From NCBI GenBank assembly GCA_016206825.1, contig JACQQY010000001.1, forward strand, positions 1 through 48,864: a DNA stretch of 48,864 bases, in the 5' to 3' direction. The position numbers and the translations under genes are program-made. The notes under the pieces are model-generated. The model worked only from the letters and a program-made list of their open reading frames with translations. It did no database searches and was not told the origin of the DNA. The stretch is from Candidatus Omnitrophota bacterium. GTDB lineage: Bacteria; Omnitrophota; Gorgyraeia; 2-02-FULL-51-18. How positions within the stretch are numbered: the first letter of the stretch is position 1; each line of letters starts with the position of its first letter. This document shows positions 27,646 to 37,400 of the stretch, piece by piece.

Positions 27646-27673
27646 TGAGAAAATTCCTTCAGGCCCTTTGTCA

Positions 27674-27750
27674 CCCCCGCAATGTTTAAGCGGGGGTCTT
27701 TCACTGAGGGGGCCCCTCCACGAAAGATTCCCGCTAAAACATTGCGGGAA
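27674..27750. repeat. Pair of mutually inverted small hairpins (REP-like)
   Basis: CCCCCGC-AATGTTTAA-GCGGGGG (27674-27696) and TTCCCGC-TAAAACATT-GCGGGAA (27728-27750). The second is close to the reverse complement of the first. Confidence 0.55.
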
Positions 27751-27829
27751 TGACAGGGGGCGGTTGCGGGTTAATTTTTTCACACCTTCTAAACTGTTAC
27801 AAAAAGATATTTTCTGGATGATTTCATCA

Positions 27830-27858
27830 TTGCACAGTAATTGTTAATATGATAAACT
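27830..27858 (+). promoter_or_regulatory. Putative higBA promoter
   Basis: TTGCAC (27830-27835), 17 nt, TAAACT (27853-27858). The GTG start at 27865 lies about 7 nt downstream, so the leader is very short or absent. Confidence 0.35.
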
Positions 27859-27864
27859 TAACTT

Positions 27865-28155
27865 GTGATTACGTATTTTCGAGATCCCGGCACGGAGGAT
27901 ATTTTTAACGGTATTTCCTCGAAGAAGGCCTTGAGGTTTCCGCGGGAGATTTGGCCTGTTGTCCAGCGCAAACTGGATATGCTCAACGCCGCTTATGAAC
28001 TTAAGGATCTCATGGCTCCGCCGGGCAATCGATTGGAGAAATTGAAAGGTGAGCTCAAGGAATTTTACAGCATTCGGGCGAACGATCAATTTCGGATCCT
28101 TTTTAAATGGACCGGCAACAACGCAACGGATGTCGAATTAACCGATTACCATTAA
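27865..28155 (+). CDS. higB: HigB-type toxin (plasmid maintenance system killer family, RelE/ParE superfamily)
   Basis: ITYFRDPGTEDIFNG...LKDLMAPPGNRLEKLKGELKEFYSIRANDQFRILFKW matches the HigB/killer-protein pattern. It lies upstream of its antitoxin, the inverted order typical of HigBA. Confidence 0.85.
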   Translation: MITYFRDPGTEDIFNGISSKKALRFPREIWPVVQRKLDMLNAAYELKDLMAPPGNRLEKLKGELKEFYSIRANDQFRILFKWTGNNATDVELTDYH

Positions 28156-28176
28156 ACGTAAAAGGGGTTAAACAAC

Positions 28177-28449
28177 ATGATTCCCAAATATCGCAAACCT
28201 AATCATCCGGGCGAGGTTCTTCTGCATGAGTTTTTGGAGCCTCATCACACAAGTCAAGTCGAACTTGCAAGGAAAATGGACGTTCCTATCCAGCGGGTGA
28301 ATACCTTAATTAACGAGAAGAGGGATGTCACCGCGGAGACGGCTATCCTCTTAAGCCGCGCGCTCAAAACCTCCCCGGAGTTCTGGATGAATCTTCAAGC
28401 GGCTTACGATCTTTATGAGGCCAAGCTCCAGCTTAAACTGGCCGCTTGA
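28177..28449 (+). CDS. higA: HigA-family antitoxin (XRE HTH)
   Basis: PNHPGEVLLHEFLEP...SQVELARKMDVPIQRVNTLINEKRDVTAETAILLSRAL is the classical HigA/VapI HTH. Confidence 0.85.
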   Translation: MIPKYRKPNHPGEVLLHEFLEPHHTSQVELARKMDVPIQRVNTLINEKRDVTAETAILLSRALKTSPEFWMNLQAAYDLYEAKLQLKLAA

Positions 28450-28451
28450 GA

Positions 28452-28579
28452 TTCGCCCACCATTTCCGAAAGGCCCTGCTGATCGTCACGGGAAAATCAG
28501 AGCGCTTTCCGCCAGACCCATGAACCGGAGGGAAAGGAGAGATTACCATGAAAGACTTAAAGAAAATCCCCAAGTTTAA
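28452..28579 (+). pseudogene. BrnT (DUF497) toxin remnant, C-terminal fragment only
   Basis: One frame reads ...GKIRALSARPMNRRERRDYHE, matching the C-terminus of the intact BrnT at 44051 (VIRIISAREAAKRERGEYME). The preceding LLIVTGK-like residues are in another frame. The N-terminal two-thirds are absent, and higA ends at 28449. Confidence 0.4.
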
Positions 28580-28780
28580 GAACAAAGAAGAGGAGTTTGA
28601 ATTTTGGGCCACCCATGATTCCAGCGATTACATTGACTGGTCCAAGGCGAAACGCGTCATCTTTTCTGATCTAAGGCCGACCTTTACCGGGAAAAACTCG
28701 CCCTAAAACTCCCCAAGAAACTCGCCTCCGAACTCTACCGGGAATACCTCAAAGTCAGAACCTTCTCCGTCGCCGCTTAA
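28548..28780 (+). pseudogene. BrnA/CopG-type antitoxin, apparently frameshifted
   Basis: ATG 28548 gives MKDLKKIPKFKNKEEEFEFWATHDSSDYIDWSKAKRV (a typical N-terminal box of this antitoxin family) but stops at 28706. An RHH-like continuation, EKLALKLPKKLASELYREYLK, is in the +1 frame to 28780. Confidence 0.5.
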
Positions 28781-28852
28781 GTAAGACCGGCTGTAAGATT
28801 CCACCCTCCCCCTGCCTGCCGGCAGGCCGCCCCTCCTCTCAAATGATGAGTT

Positions 28853-29143
28853 CTACAGATTCCTGAGGAACCTCGAGACCGCATCGTGGTCCCCGGCCAG
28901 GATGAACGAAACTCTGTTCCTCTCTCTGGCCCACAGGATTCTTAAGGCAAGACTGATTCTCGCTTCAAAAATCTGAGCGTCCCCGGCATGATGAAGCTTT
29001 TTAACCCTAAGACCATAAGAGGCTTTTCCCGTGCGGCAGTATTCACGTATCTCTTCATCCGCGAGGAGGACCAGTTCTTGCTCTCTTCTGCTTAAGGAAT
29101 CAAAGGACTTTAAATATTCCTTCTTGTAGATAACTTCAATCAC
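28853..29143 (-). CDS. RelE/ParE-superfamily toxin
   Basis: 96 aa with a GTG start, overlapping the upstream antitoxin stop by 8 nt. Size and pattern (KSFDSL...YGLRVKKLH...IFEARISLALRILW...VSFILAGDHD) are typical of RelE/ParE folds. Confidence 0.65.
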   Translation of the reverse strand: MIEVIYKKEYLKSFDSLSRREQELVLLADEEIREYCRTGKASYGLRVKKLHHAGDAQIFEARISLALRILWARERNRVSFILAGDHDAVSRFLRNL

Positions 29144-29402
29144 GCCTCACCCGCTTCTTAAGAAAAACCTTTGCCTCCTCCGGCGAAACGACTTTATCTC
29201 CCGGCTCGAGAGTAAACGCCTTCTTAAGAAGTCTTTCGTAAGCTTCGGCGGGCAGACGTTCTTCAATGTCGACGGGTTTGAGGCAAATAACGCCTTTCAT
29301 ATATTCCACATCCACATAGTCGTTCCCTTCCCGGATATGGGCCTTTTTGACGATATCCTTTGGAAGCGTGACCTGGTTCCCACGAGTGACTTTGGCTAAC
29401 AT
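29136..29402 (-). CDS. AbrB/SpoVT-fold antitoxin
   Basis: An internal ATG at 29402 gives MLAKVTRGNQVTLPKDIVKKAHIREGNDYV..., with a GGAGGG SD upstream. The 178-aa ORF-track version runs into murA and is rejected. Confidence 0.7.
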   Translation of the reverse strand: MLAKVTRGNQVTLPKDIVKKAHIREGNDYVDVEYMKGVICLKPVDIEERLPAEAYERLLKKAFTLEPGDKVVSPEEAKVFLKKRVRRD

Positions 29403-29497
29403 GGTCTTCCCTCCTCTCAGAAAGCAAGTATACATGGAAAAAGTAAAAAAGTAAATCCCTATTACGAAGACACCGTGATGAGGAGGTAAAAACAAAG

Positions 29498-29527
29498 TTG
29501 TTATCCGCTTGGGGAAAGAATTATAAT
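29498..29527 (+). promoter_or_regulatory. Putative murA promoter
   Basis: TTGTTA (29498-29503), 18 nt, TATAAT (29522-29527), 23 nt before the murA ATG. Confidence 0.45.
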
Positions 29528-29550
29528 GGTAAACCTTATGGCGGTGGAAG

Positions 29551-30816
29551 ATGGATAAGCTCGTTATCGAAGGCGGGAGGCGGTTGGAGGGGGTGGTGGA
29601 GATCGGGGGCGCGAAGAACGCTTCGCTTCCGATTTTAGCGGCCACCGTGCTTTCCAGGGACGCGTCGGTCATTCGGAACGTTCCTCAGGTGGCCGACGTT
29701 TTCACCCTGGTGAGGATCCTCAAGTTTCTCGGCGCAAAGGTGCGGCACGAAAAAGACAGGGTTGAGGTGGATCCACGGGGGATCAGCGAACCCGTTTTGC
29801 CGTATAAGCTGGTCAGCACCATGCGGGGTTCGATTTGTTTTCTCGGGCCTCTTCTGGCCAGGTTTGGACGCGCGCGGGTCTCGTTTCCCGGCGGGTGCAT
29901 CATCGGCCCGCGGCCCATTGATTTGCACATCAAGGGAATCAGGGCGCTGGGCGCCGATGTGACGCTGGATCACGGGTACGTGGTCGCGGAGGCCGAAAGG
30001 TTGAGAGGGGGGCGGGTTTATCTCGGAGGCGCTTTCGGTTCCACCGTTCTTGGGACGGCGAACGTCATGATGGCCGCAACGCTCGCGAAAGGGAAAACTC
30101 TCATCGAGAACGCGGCTTGTGAGCCGGAGGTGGTGGATCTGGGGAATTTTTTGAAGAAAATGGGCGCGAGGATCGAGGGTCTGGGATCGCCCTCCATTCG
30201 GGTTGAGGGCGTCAAGAGGCTCGGCGGAGCCCATCACTCGGTGATTCCCGACAGGATCGAGGCGGGCACTTACATGATCGCTTCGACGATGACTTCCGGG
30301 GACGTCACGGTCAAGAACATGCGTCTTGACCTATTGAGCGCGATGGTGGATAAATTGGGGGAAGCCGGAGCGCTGATGACCGAGAAAAACGGATCGGTGA
30401 GAGTCCGCCGGCGGAGAGGTCCGTTGAAGCCCGTTTCCGTCACGACGCTTCCTTATCCCGGTTTTCCCACGGACCTTCAGGCTCAGATGATGGCCTTTAT
30501 GTGCGTGGTTCCCGGGATCAGCGTGATCACCGAAAAAATCTACCCCGAACGGTTTATCCACATCAGTGAATTAAACCGCATGGGGGCCGGCATCATTCTT
30601 GAAGGTCCCAGCGCCATTGTGAGCGGGAGAAAGAAACTGAGCGGAGCGCCCGTCATGGCTTCGGATCTGAGGGCCAGCGCCGCTTTGGTTTTGGCCGGCC
30701 TTGTGGCCGAGGGGCGCACGGAAGTTTCGAGGGTCTATCACTTGGATCGCGGCTATGAGAATTTGGTGGGGAAGCTCCGCAATTTGGGAGCGAGGATTAA
30801 GAGAGAAAAGGAATAG
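29551..30816 (+). CDS. murA: UDP-N-acetylglucosamine 1-carboxyvinyltransferase
   Basis: 421 aa, starting MDKLVIEGGRRLEGVVEIGGAKNASLPILAA. The active-site Cys is in the FPGGCIIGPRPIDLH context. Confidence 0.95.
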   Translation: MDKLVIEGGRRLEGVVEIGGAKNASLPILAATVLSRDASVIRNVPQVADVFTLVRILKFLGAKVRHEKDRVEVDPRGISEPVLPYKLVSTMRGSICFLGPLLARFGRARVSFPGGCIIGPRPIDLHIKGIRALGADVTLDHGYVVAEAERLRGGRVYLGGAFGSTVLGTANVMMAATLAKGKTLIENAACEPEVVDLGNFLKKMGARIEGLGSPSIRVEGVKRLGGAHHSVIPDRIEAGTYMIASTMTSGDVTVKNMRLDLLSAMVDKLGEAGALMTEKNGSVRVRRRRGPLKPVSVTTLPYPGFPTDLQAQMMAFMCVVPGISVITEKIYPERFIHISELNRMGAGIILEGPSAIVSGRKKLSGAPVMASDLRASAALVLAGLVAEGRTEVSRVYHLDRGYENLVGKLRNLGARIKREKE

Positions 30817-30825
30817 GAGGCAAAC

Positions 30826-31071
30826 ATGTCGGTAGTGATTCGATTGAAAACGATGGGGACGAAAAAGAAGATCAAGCACCGGATCGTGGTGACGGATACG
30901 CGTTTTCCGCGGAATGGAAGATTTCTTGAGGAAATAGGTTTTTTGGATTCGTCCAAGAACCCCCCGGTGCTGAGCGTGAAGGCCGACCGCGTAGAGCATT
31001 GGTTAAAGCACGGCGCGCGGCCGTCGGAGACAGTTGCGTCGGCTTTGAAGAAGGCGGGGATTAAAAGGTAG
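30826..31071 (+). CDS. rpsP: 30S ribosomal protein S16
   Basis: MSVVIRLKTMGTKKKIKHRIVVTDTRFPRNGRFLEEIG. Confidence 0.95.
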   Translation: MSVVIRLKTMGTKKKIKHRIVVTDTRFPRNGRFLEEIGFLDSSKNPPVLSVKADRVEHWLKHGARPSETVASALKKAGIKR

Positions 31072-31074
31072 GTT

Positions 31075-31779
31075 GTGAAAATCCACGTTCTCACCCTTTT
31101 TCCCGGGATGTTCGATTCGTTTTTATCCCACTCGATCGTCAAAAGGGCCGTTGAGAAAAAAAGAGCGGATATCCGGATCCACGACCTTCGCCGTTTTACG
31201 CACGATCGGCGCAAGACGTGCGATGACCGGCCGTTTGGCGGGGGGCCGGGGATGGTGTTGAAACCGGAGCCGATTTTCGAAGCGGCGGAGAAGCTCTTTG
31301 GGAGCGTCCGGAAATCGAAAAAGCGCCCCTTTATTTATTTGACTCCGCAGGGAGTTCCTTTTAACCAAAAAAAGGCAGAGGAGCTTTCGAAATACAAGGA
31401 GCTGGTTTTCCTGTGCGGTCACTATGAGGGCGTCGACCAGCGGGTTTTGGATAAGCTGGTCACCGATGAGATTTCCTTGGGAGACTACGTGCTGACGGGC
31501 GGAGAGCTTCCGGCGATGGTGGTCATCGACTCCGTCGTCAGGCTGGTGAAGGGGGTTCTCGGCCGCGAGGAGTCCAAACTATTTGAATCTTTTACCGGGA
31601 ATTTGTTAGAATACCCTCAATACACCCGGCCGGCCGTTTATCGAGGGCTTGAAGTTCCGCCCGTCCTTTTGTCCGGAAATCACAAGGCGATTGAGCGTTG
31701 GCGAAAAGAAGAAGCGGTTAAGCGTACAGGGGAACGCCGCCCGGATCTTTTGAAGGAGAACCAAACATGCATCGGTTGA
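31075..31779 (+). CDS. trmD: tRNA (guanine37-N1)-methyltransferase
   Basis: GTG start. [23 protein letters not shown], and the [16 protein letters not shown] trefoil-knot motif. Confidence 0.95.
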   Translation: MKIHVLTLFPGMFDSFLSHSIVKRAVEKKRADIRIHDLRRFTHDRRKTCDDRPFGGGPGMVLKPEPIFEAAEKLFGSVRKSKKRPFIYLTPQGVPFNQKKAEELSKYKELVFLCGHYEGVDQRVLDKLVTDEISLGDYVLTGGELPAMVVIDSVVRLVKGVLGREESKLFESFTGNLLEYPQYTRPAVYRGLEVPPVLLSGNHKAIERWRKEEAVKRTGERRPDLLKENQTCIG

Positions 31780-32183
31780 TTCAAGAAATAGAAGCGGAAC
31801 AGATGAAGCTGTTGAAGAAGGATATCCCCCGGTTTAAAGTGGGGGATACCGTTTCCGTGTCGGTGAAGGTGGAAGAAGGCGATAAGGTCCGGACCCAGAT
31901 GTTCGAGGGGGTCGTGATCCGCAAACAGGGTTCCGGCCTGCGGGAGAGTTTCACCGTTCGGAAGATTTCCTTTGGAGAAGGGGTAGAGCGCAGTTTCCCT
32001 TTTTATTCTCCGACCGTGCAGGCCGTGCAGGTGATGCGGTCAGGGAAAGTCCGCCGCGCGAAGCTTTATTACTTAAGGAAAACGGTAGGGAAGAAGGCGA
32101 GGATTGAGGAGGAACGCAGACCCGAGGAAGCGCCGTCCGCACCGCCTGCTTCCTCTCCGGCACCGAATATTTTGGCCTCGTAG
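31767..32183 (+). CDS. rplS: 50S ribosomal protein L19 with Pro/Ala-rich C-terminal tail
   Basis: [32 protein letters not shown]...[10 protein letters not shown], plus about 20 extra residues ([24 protein letters not shown]). Confidence 0.9.
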   Translation: MHRLIQEIEAEQMKLLKKDIPRFKVGDTVSVSVKVEEGDKVRTQMFEGVVIRKQGSGLRESFTVRKISFGEGVERSFPFYSPTVQAVQVMRSGKVRRAKLYYLRKTVGKKARIEEERRPEEAPSAPPASSPAPNILAS

Positions 32184-32239
32184 GGGCGAACCTATGTGTT
32201 CGCCCAAACCTAGGTCAGGGCAGACACATAGGTCTGCCC
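32184..32239. repeat. Two related REP-like hairpins
   Basis: GGGCGAAC-CTATGT-GTTCGCCC (32184-32205) and GGGCAGAC-ACATAG-GTCTGCCC (32218-32239). The loops are reverse complements of each other, and a CCTAGG palindrome lies between them. Confidence 0.6.
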
Positions 32240-32274
32240 CTACCGAGGGAGGGGGGATAAGAAGAAGAGAAGCA

Positions 32275-32946
32275 ATGAAGCGGAAGGCGGAAGAGCGGAA
32301 AGAGGCGCTGTTACTTCATGACCGCTCGTTTTTCGAGCGGGGGTTCGGGACCCTGGCGGGTGTCGACGAAGCGGGGCGGGGGCCTTTGGCGGGCCCGGTC
32401 GTCGCTTCGGCGGTTATCGTCAGGGATTTTTCATTTCAGTGCCCGATCGATGATTCCAAAAAGATGACCGCCCGGCTCCGGGCGGCGGCTTACGAGGAGA
32501 TCAGGGAAAAAAGCTGGGTGGGTGTCGGCGTTGTCGACCACGAGACGATCGACCGGGTGAATATTTACCAAGCGACTTTGATGGCGATGGAGGAGGCGAT
32601 AAAGAATTTGGGGGAGACTCCGGATGCGGTTTTGGTGGACGGGGGACACGGCCCCGATCTTCCTTTTGTCTGGTTTCCCATCGTGAATGGAGACGCTTTG
32701 TCTTTTTCGATTGCGTGCGCTTCGATTGCGGCAAAGGTGACGCGGGACCGGATGATGGAACAGTACGATGCGTTGTACCCCGAATACGGCTTCAAGCGGC
32801 ACAAGGGGTATGGGACGAGTGAACATATGAGGGCGCTCAAGAAACACGGCCCCTGCCGGATTCACCGGAGGAGCTTTGAACCTTTGAAAGGGATGAGTTC
32901 TACAGGGGTGATGGATGGTGGATATGGAACGCCTTTTAATCATTGA
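32275..32946 (+). CDS. rnhB: Ribonuclease HII
   Basis: ATG 32275 places [15 protein letters not shown] about 28 aa from the N-terminus, as in RNase HII. The ORF-track start 32104 reads through the REP hairpins and the rplS 3' end and is rejected. Confidence 0.85.
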   Translation: MKRKAEERKEALLLHDRSFFERGFGTLAGVDEAGRGPLAGPVVASAVIVRDFSFQCPIDDSKKMTARLRAAAYEEIREKSWVGVGVVDHETIDRVNIYQATLMAMEEAIKNLGETPDAVLVDGGHGPDLPFVWFPIVNGDALSFSIACASIAAKVTRDRMMEQYDALYPEYGFKRHKGYGTSEHMRALKKHGPCRIHRRSFEPLKGMSSTGVMDGGYGTPFNH

Positions 32947-34459
32947 CTTCGGGTCGCAGTACAATCAACTCATCGCGCGGCGGGTGAGGGAGGCGCGCGT
33001 TTTTTGTGAGATTGCGCCGCCGACGGTTTCGATCCGGGAGATCCGGTCGAAAGAGGTCAGGGGGATTGTTTTGTCCGGCGGGCCGGCGAGCGTGTATCAA
33101 AAAGGCGCGCCGCGGCTCAATCCTGATTGGCTGAAGCTTGGAGTTCCGGTTCTGGGTATATGTTACGGGATGCAGGTTTTGGCCCACCATTTGGGCGGCC
33201 GCGTTCGGAGGACGGCGACGCGGGAATACGGCCGTTCGGAGCTTTTCCTTTCTTCCCGCCCGGGGGGTTTCTTTCAAGGGGTCCCCGCGAAATCCGTTTG
33301 CTGGATGAGCCATGGAGACGAAGTGGCGCGCCCGCCGGAAGGTTTTGTGAAAACGGCCTTTACCTCGAGCGCCCCCTTCGCGGCTTTTGAAAATCCACAG
33401 AGCAAAATTTACGGCGTCCAATTTCATCCGGAGGTGGTTCACACGGAATACGGGGTCCGGATGATCCGCAATTTTCTTTTTTCGGTATGCGGTTTCCGGA
33501 AGAGCTGGACGATGGAGAATTTTATCCATGAGACCGTTCGGAAAATGCGGGGGGAAACCGGAAAAGGGAACGTCGTCCTGGGTCTTTCCGGCGGAGTCGA
33601 TTCTTCCGTGACGGCCGCTCTTCTGTCCAAGGCGCTGGGAAGGCGGCTTCATGGTATCTTTGTGGATAACGGGCTTCTTCGGAAGGACGAGCGGGAGGAG
33701 GTTGAGAAAGTTTTCAAGCGCCGCTTCCACGTGGATCTTCGCGTGGTCCATGCCCGGAAGCATTTCTTGCGAAAGTTAAAAGGGGTGGTGGATCCTGAGC
33801 GCAAAAGAAAAATCATCGGGCATGAGTTTATTTATTGTTTTGAGCGCGAAGCGAAGAAGATCCATGCCGATTTTTTGGCCCAAGGGACGCTTTATCCGGA
33901 CGTGATCGAAAGCCGGTCGGCTTTCGGAGGGCCGACGGCCGTCATTAAAAGCCACCACAACGTCGGGGGGCTTCCCAAGAAGATGAAGCTGAAGCTCCTT
34001 GAGCCGTTGAGGGAGCTTTTTAAGGATGAAGCGAGAACTCTGGGGCGCAAACTCGGACTTCCCGAGATGATCGTCGGCCGCCACCCTTTTCCGGGGCCGG
34101 GGCTTGCAGTGCGGATTGTCGGTGAAATTACGCCGGAGAGACTCCGTATTCTTCGGGAAGCGGATGCGCGTTTCATCGAGGAAATCCGGGAGGCGGGACT
34201 CTATCCCCGCATCTGGCAGGCTTTTGCGGTGCTCTTACCCGTTAAGAGCGTCGGAGTGATGGGGGATGAAAGGACTTATGAGAACGTGATCGCCCTGCGC
34301 GCCGTGACCAGCACCGACGGGATGACGGCGGATTGGTTCCGTTTTCCGGAAAAAGTTTTAGCGAAAATATCGAATCGCATCATCAATGAAGTGCGCGGGG
34401 TGAACCGCGTCGTTTACGACGTGAGTTCGAAGCCCCCCGCGACGATTGAGTGGGAGTAA
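32924..34459 (+). CDS. guaA: GMP synthase (glutamine-hydrolysing)
   Basis: [23 protein letters not shown], GATase CYGMQ, and ATP-PPase SGGVDSS. An alternative ATG lies at 32915. Overlaps the rnhB end. Confidence 0.95.
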   Translation: MERLLIIDFGSQYNQLIARRVREARVFCEIAPPTVSIREIRSKEVRGIVLSGGPASVYQKGAPRLNPDWLKLGVPVLGICYGMQVLAHHLGGRVRRTATREYGRSELFLSSRPGGFFQGVPAKSVCWMSHGDEVARPPEGFVKTAFTSSAPFAAFENPQSKIYGVQFHPEVVHTEYGVRMIRNFLFSVCGFRKSWTMENFIHETVRKMRGETGKGNVVLGLSGGVDSSVTAALLSKALGRRLHGIFVDNGLLRKDEREEVEKVFKRRFHVDLRVVHARKHFLRKLKGVVDPERKRKIIGHEFIYCFEREAKKIHADFLAQGTLYPDVIESRSAFGGPTAVIKSHHNVGGLPKKMKLKLLEPLRELFKDEARTLGRKLGLPEMIVGRHPFPGPGLAVRIVGEITPERLRILREADARFIEEIREAGLYPRIWQAFAVLLPVKSVGVMGDERTYENVIALRAVTSTDGMTADWFRFPEKVLAKISNRIINEVRGVNRVVYDVSSKPPATIEWE

Positions 34460-34491
34460 GAGTAATTCATGAATTACCTTCCATGTAAATC

Positions 34492-37400
34492 ATGACCGCC
34501 GATTTTGTCCATCTGCACGTCCATTCCCAGTACAGCCTCTTGGATGCGGTTTGTCCGATCGAAGCTTTGGCTGAGCGGGCGAAGGAATTGAACATGCGCG
34601 CTTTGGCCGTTACGGACAACGGCAATCTATTCGGCGCGATTGAGTTCTATAACGCCTGCCTCAAAGCCGGGGTGAAACCTATTCTCGGCGCGGAGGTGTA
34701 CCTTGCTCCGGAGAGCCGTTTTGAGCGCTCGACCCATGGTTTGCAGGGCGCTTCCTATCCCTTTGTCCTGCTTTGCCAAGATGAAGCGGGGTATCGCAAT
34801 TTAATCGAGCTCGTCACCATCGGTTACCTCGAAGGGTTTTATTACCGCCCCCGGATCGACAAGGAAGTTTTGCGCAAATACTCGAAGGGACTTATCGCTC
34901 TTTCGGGAAGCGTGCGCGGCGAGATCCCGCATCTTCTCAACATCGGCCAGGCGGAGAGGGCCCATGCCGCTCTGTCGGAGTATCTCGCTATTTTTGGGAA
35001 AGACCGTTTTTATCTGGAGATCACGGCAAGCGGCCTGAAGGAACAGGAGCGGGTGAACGCCGAGATCGTGAAACTTGCCGGGGAAAGAAACGTCCCGCTT
35101 GCGGCGACGAACGACGTCCATTATTTGAAAAAGGAATTCGCCAAAGCCCACGAAATCCTCCTGTGTCTCCAGACGCAGACGACCCTCGATGATCCCCACC
35201 GCATCCAGCTCCAGACGGACGAGTTTTATTTCAAAACAGCGGAGGAGATGAAAGAAAAATTTAAAGATTCGCCCGAGGCCCTTTCCAACACGCTTAAGAT
35301 CGCCGAAAGCTGTAACTTAAAGCTTGATTTCAGCAAAACCCACGTGCCGGAGTTCGTCCTTCCGGAAGGCAAGACGCAGGAAGCGTATTTGAGGGAACTG
35401 ACGCGGGAAGGTCTGCGCAAACGCTATCCGGGCGGGAACCATGAGACGATTCAAAAGCGGGCGGAGCATGAGCTCCAAGTGATCCAAAAAAGCGGCTATA
35501 CCAGTTACTTTTTGGTGGTCTGGGACTTCGTGCGTTTCGCCAAGGAGAAAAACATTCCGGTGGGTCCCGGCAGAGGATCCGCCGCGGGAAGCGTGGTGAG
35601 TTACGCCCTCGGCATCACGGACATCGACCCTCTCCGGTACGATCTTCTGTTTGAACGATTTCTCAATCCCGACCGCGTGAGCATGCCGGATATCGACATT
35701 GACTTTTGTTATGAGCGGCGGGACGAAGTGATCCAGTACGTGACCGAGAAGTATTCCAAGGAAAACGTCGCGCAGATCATCACTTTCGGGACCATGATGG
35801 CGAAAGCGGTGATCCGGGACGTTGGACGCGTCATGGGCATGCCCTACGCCGAAGTGGACAAAATCGCGAAACTCGTTCCCATGGAGCTGGATATCACGAT
35901 CGAAGAGGCGCTTGAGAAAGAAGAGGAGCTGAAGTCGCTCTATCAAAATAACCCCCAGGTGAAACAACTCATCGATACGTCGAAAGTTCTGGAGGGTTTG
36001 ACGCGCCACGCCTCCACGCATGCGGCCGGCGTAGTGATCAGCCGCCGTCCCTTAAAGGAACACGTTCCGCTTTTCAAAAGCGCCGATGGCCAGATCTCCA
36101 CGATGTATTCCATGGAATCTTTGGAGAAGATCGGGCTTCTCAAGATGGACTTCCTGGGGCTGCGCACTCTCACGGTGATCGATGATACGCTGAAAATCAT
36201 CAAAAGGATCCGGAAGGAGGACGTGGATTTGAGCCGGATTTCCCTTGATGACTCCAAAACGTTCGACCTCCTCTGCCGGGCGCAGTCCATGGGGGTGTTC
36301 CAACTGGAAAGCGGAGGGATGCGCGACATTCTGAAAAAGCTGAAACCCGATAAGTTCGAGGACCTCATCGCGATTTTGGCGCTTTACCGGCCGGGTCCGA
36401 TCGGTTCCGGCATGGTGGATGAGTTTATCAAAAGAAAGCACGGCCAGATTCCGATCGTGTACGACCACGCGCTTCTGGAGCCCGTTTTGAAGGACACGTA
36501 CGGCATCATTGTGTTCCAAGAGCAGATCATGAAAATTGCGAACGTCCTGGCCGGTTTCTCCCTGGCCAAGGCCGATTCCTTGAGGCGCGCCATCTCCAAA
36601 AAGAAGGAGGAGGTGATGCAGGAGGCAAGGGTGGATTTCGTCGAAGGGGCCGTTCGAAACAAGATGGACCGGAGAATCGCCGAAAAGGTGTTCAATCTCA
36701 TCGCCCATTTTGCCGGTTATGGTTTTAACAAAAGCCACTCGGCGGCCTACGCGATGATTTCTTATCAAACGGCGACTCTCAAGGCGAATTATCCGGTTGA
36801 GTTTATGACGGCGCTTCTCACCAGCGAAAAGGACAACCAGGACAAGGTGGTGGTGTACATCGACGAGACCAAACGCATGGGGATCCGCGTTCTCCCTCCG
36901 GACGTGAACGAGAGCTTTCCTCAATTTACGGTGGTCGGCGACCGGACCATTCGTTTTGGCCTCGCGGCGGTGAAAAACGTGGGCCAGACCGCCATCGACG
37001 CGATCATTCAGGGCCGGATCAAGAGAGGCGGGGGTTTTAAGACCTTTTATGATTTTACGGAAAACGTGGACCTGCGCGTCGTGAACCGTAAAGTTCTCGA
37101 GAGCCTTATCAAGTGCGGGGCCTTTGATTCCATGGGGCTTTTTCGTTCCCAGCTTTTCGCCATCCTGGATGACGCGCTCTCCGTCGCGAGCGATTTGCAG
37201 AAGGACCGCGCGAAAGGGCAGTTTTCCTTTTTTGATTCTCCGGAGAGCGGCGGCGTTTTTAAGAAGAACTTCCGGGAAGTGCCGAGCATCCCCGAATGGC
37301 CGGACAATGAAAAGCTTGCTTTTGAAAAGGAGATGCTGGGGTTTTATGTGACCGGCCATCCGCTGGACCGCTACCAAAAGGAATTGAAGAGTTATTCCAC

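Noticed and set aside
27466-27783. 105-aa ORF on the minus strand between the DASS gene and higB.
   Set aside because: It is generated by reading through the REP-like palindromes (CERSEAISLL / LRRCAPRND strings). It has no SD and no domain.
29403-29672. 178-aa version of the minus-strand antitoxin ORF overlapping the murA start.
   Set aside because: The AbrB-like domain starts at Met 29402, which has a good SD. The upstream part crosses the murA promoter and coding start and has no coding features.
32104-32274. N-terminal extension of rnhB back to 32104, overlapping rplS.
   Set aside because: The extension is translated from the rplS 3' end and the twin REP hairpins ([20 protein letters not shown]). 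RNase HII homology begins only after Met at 32275.
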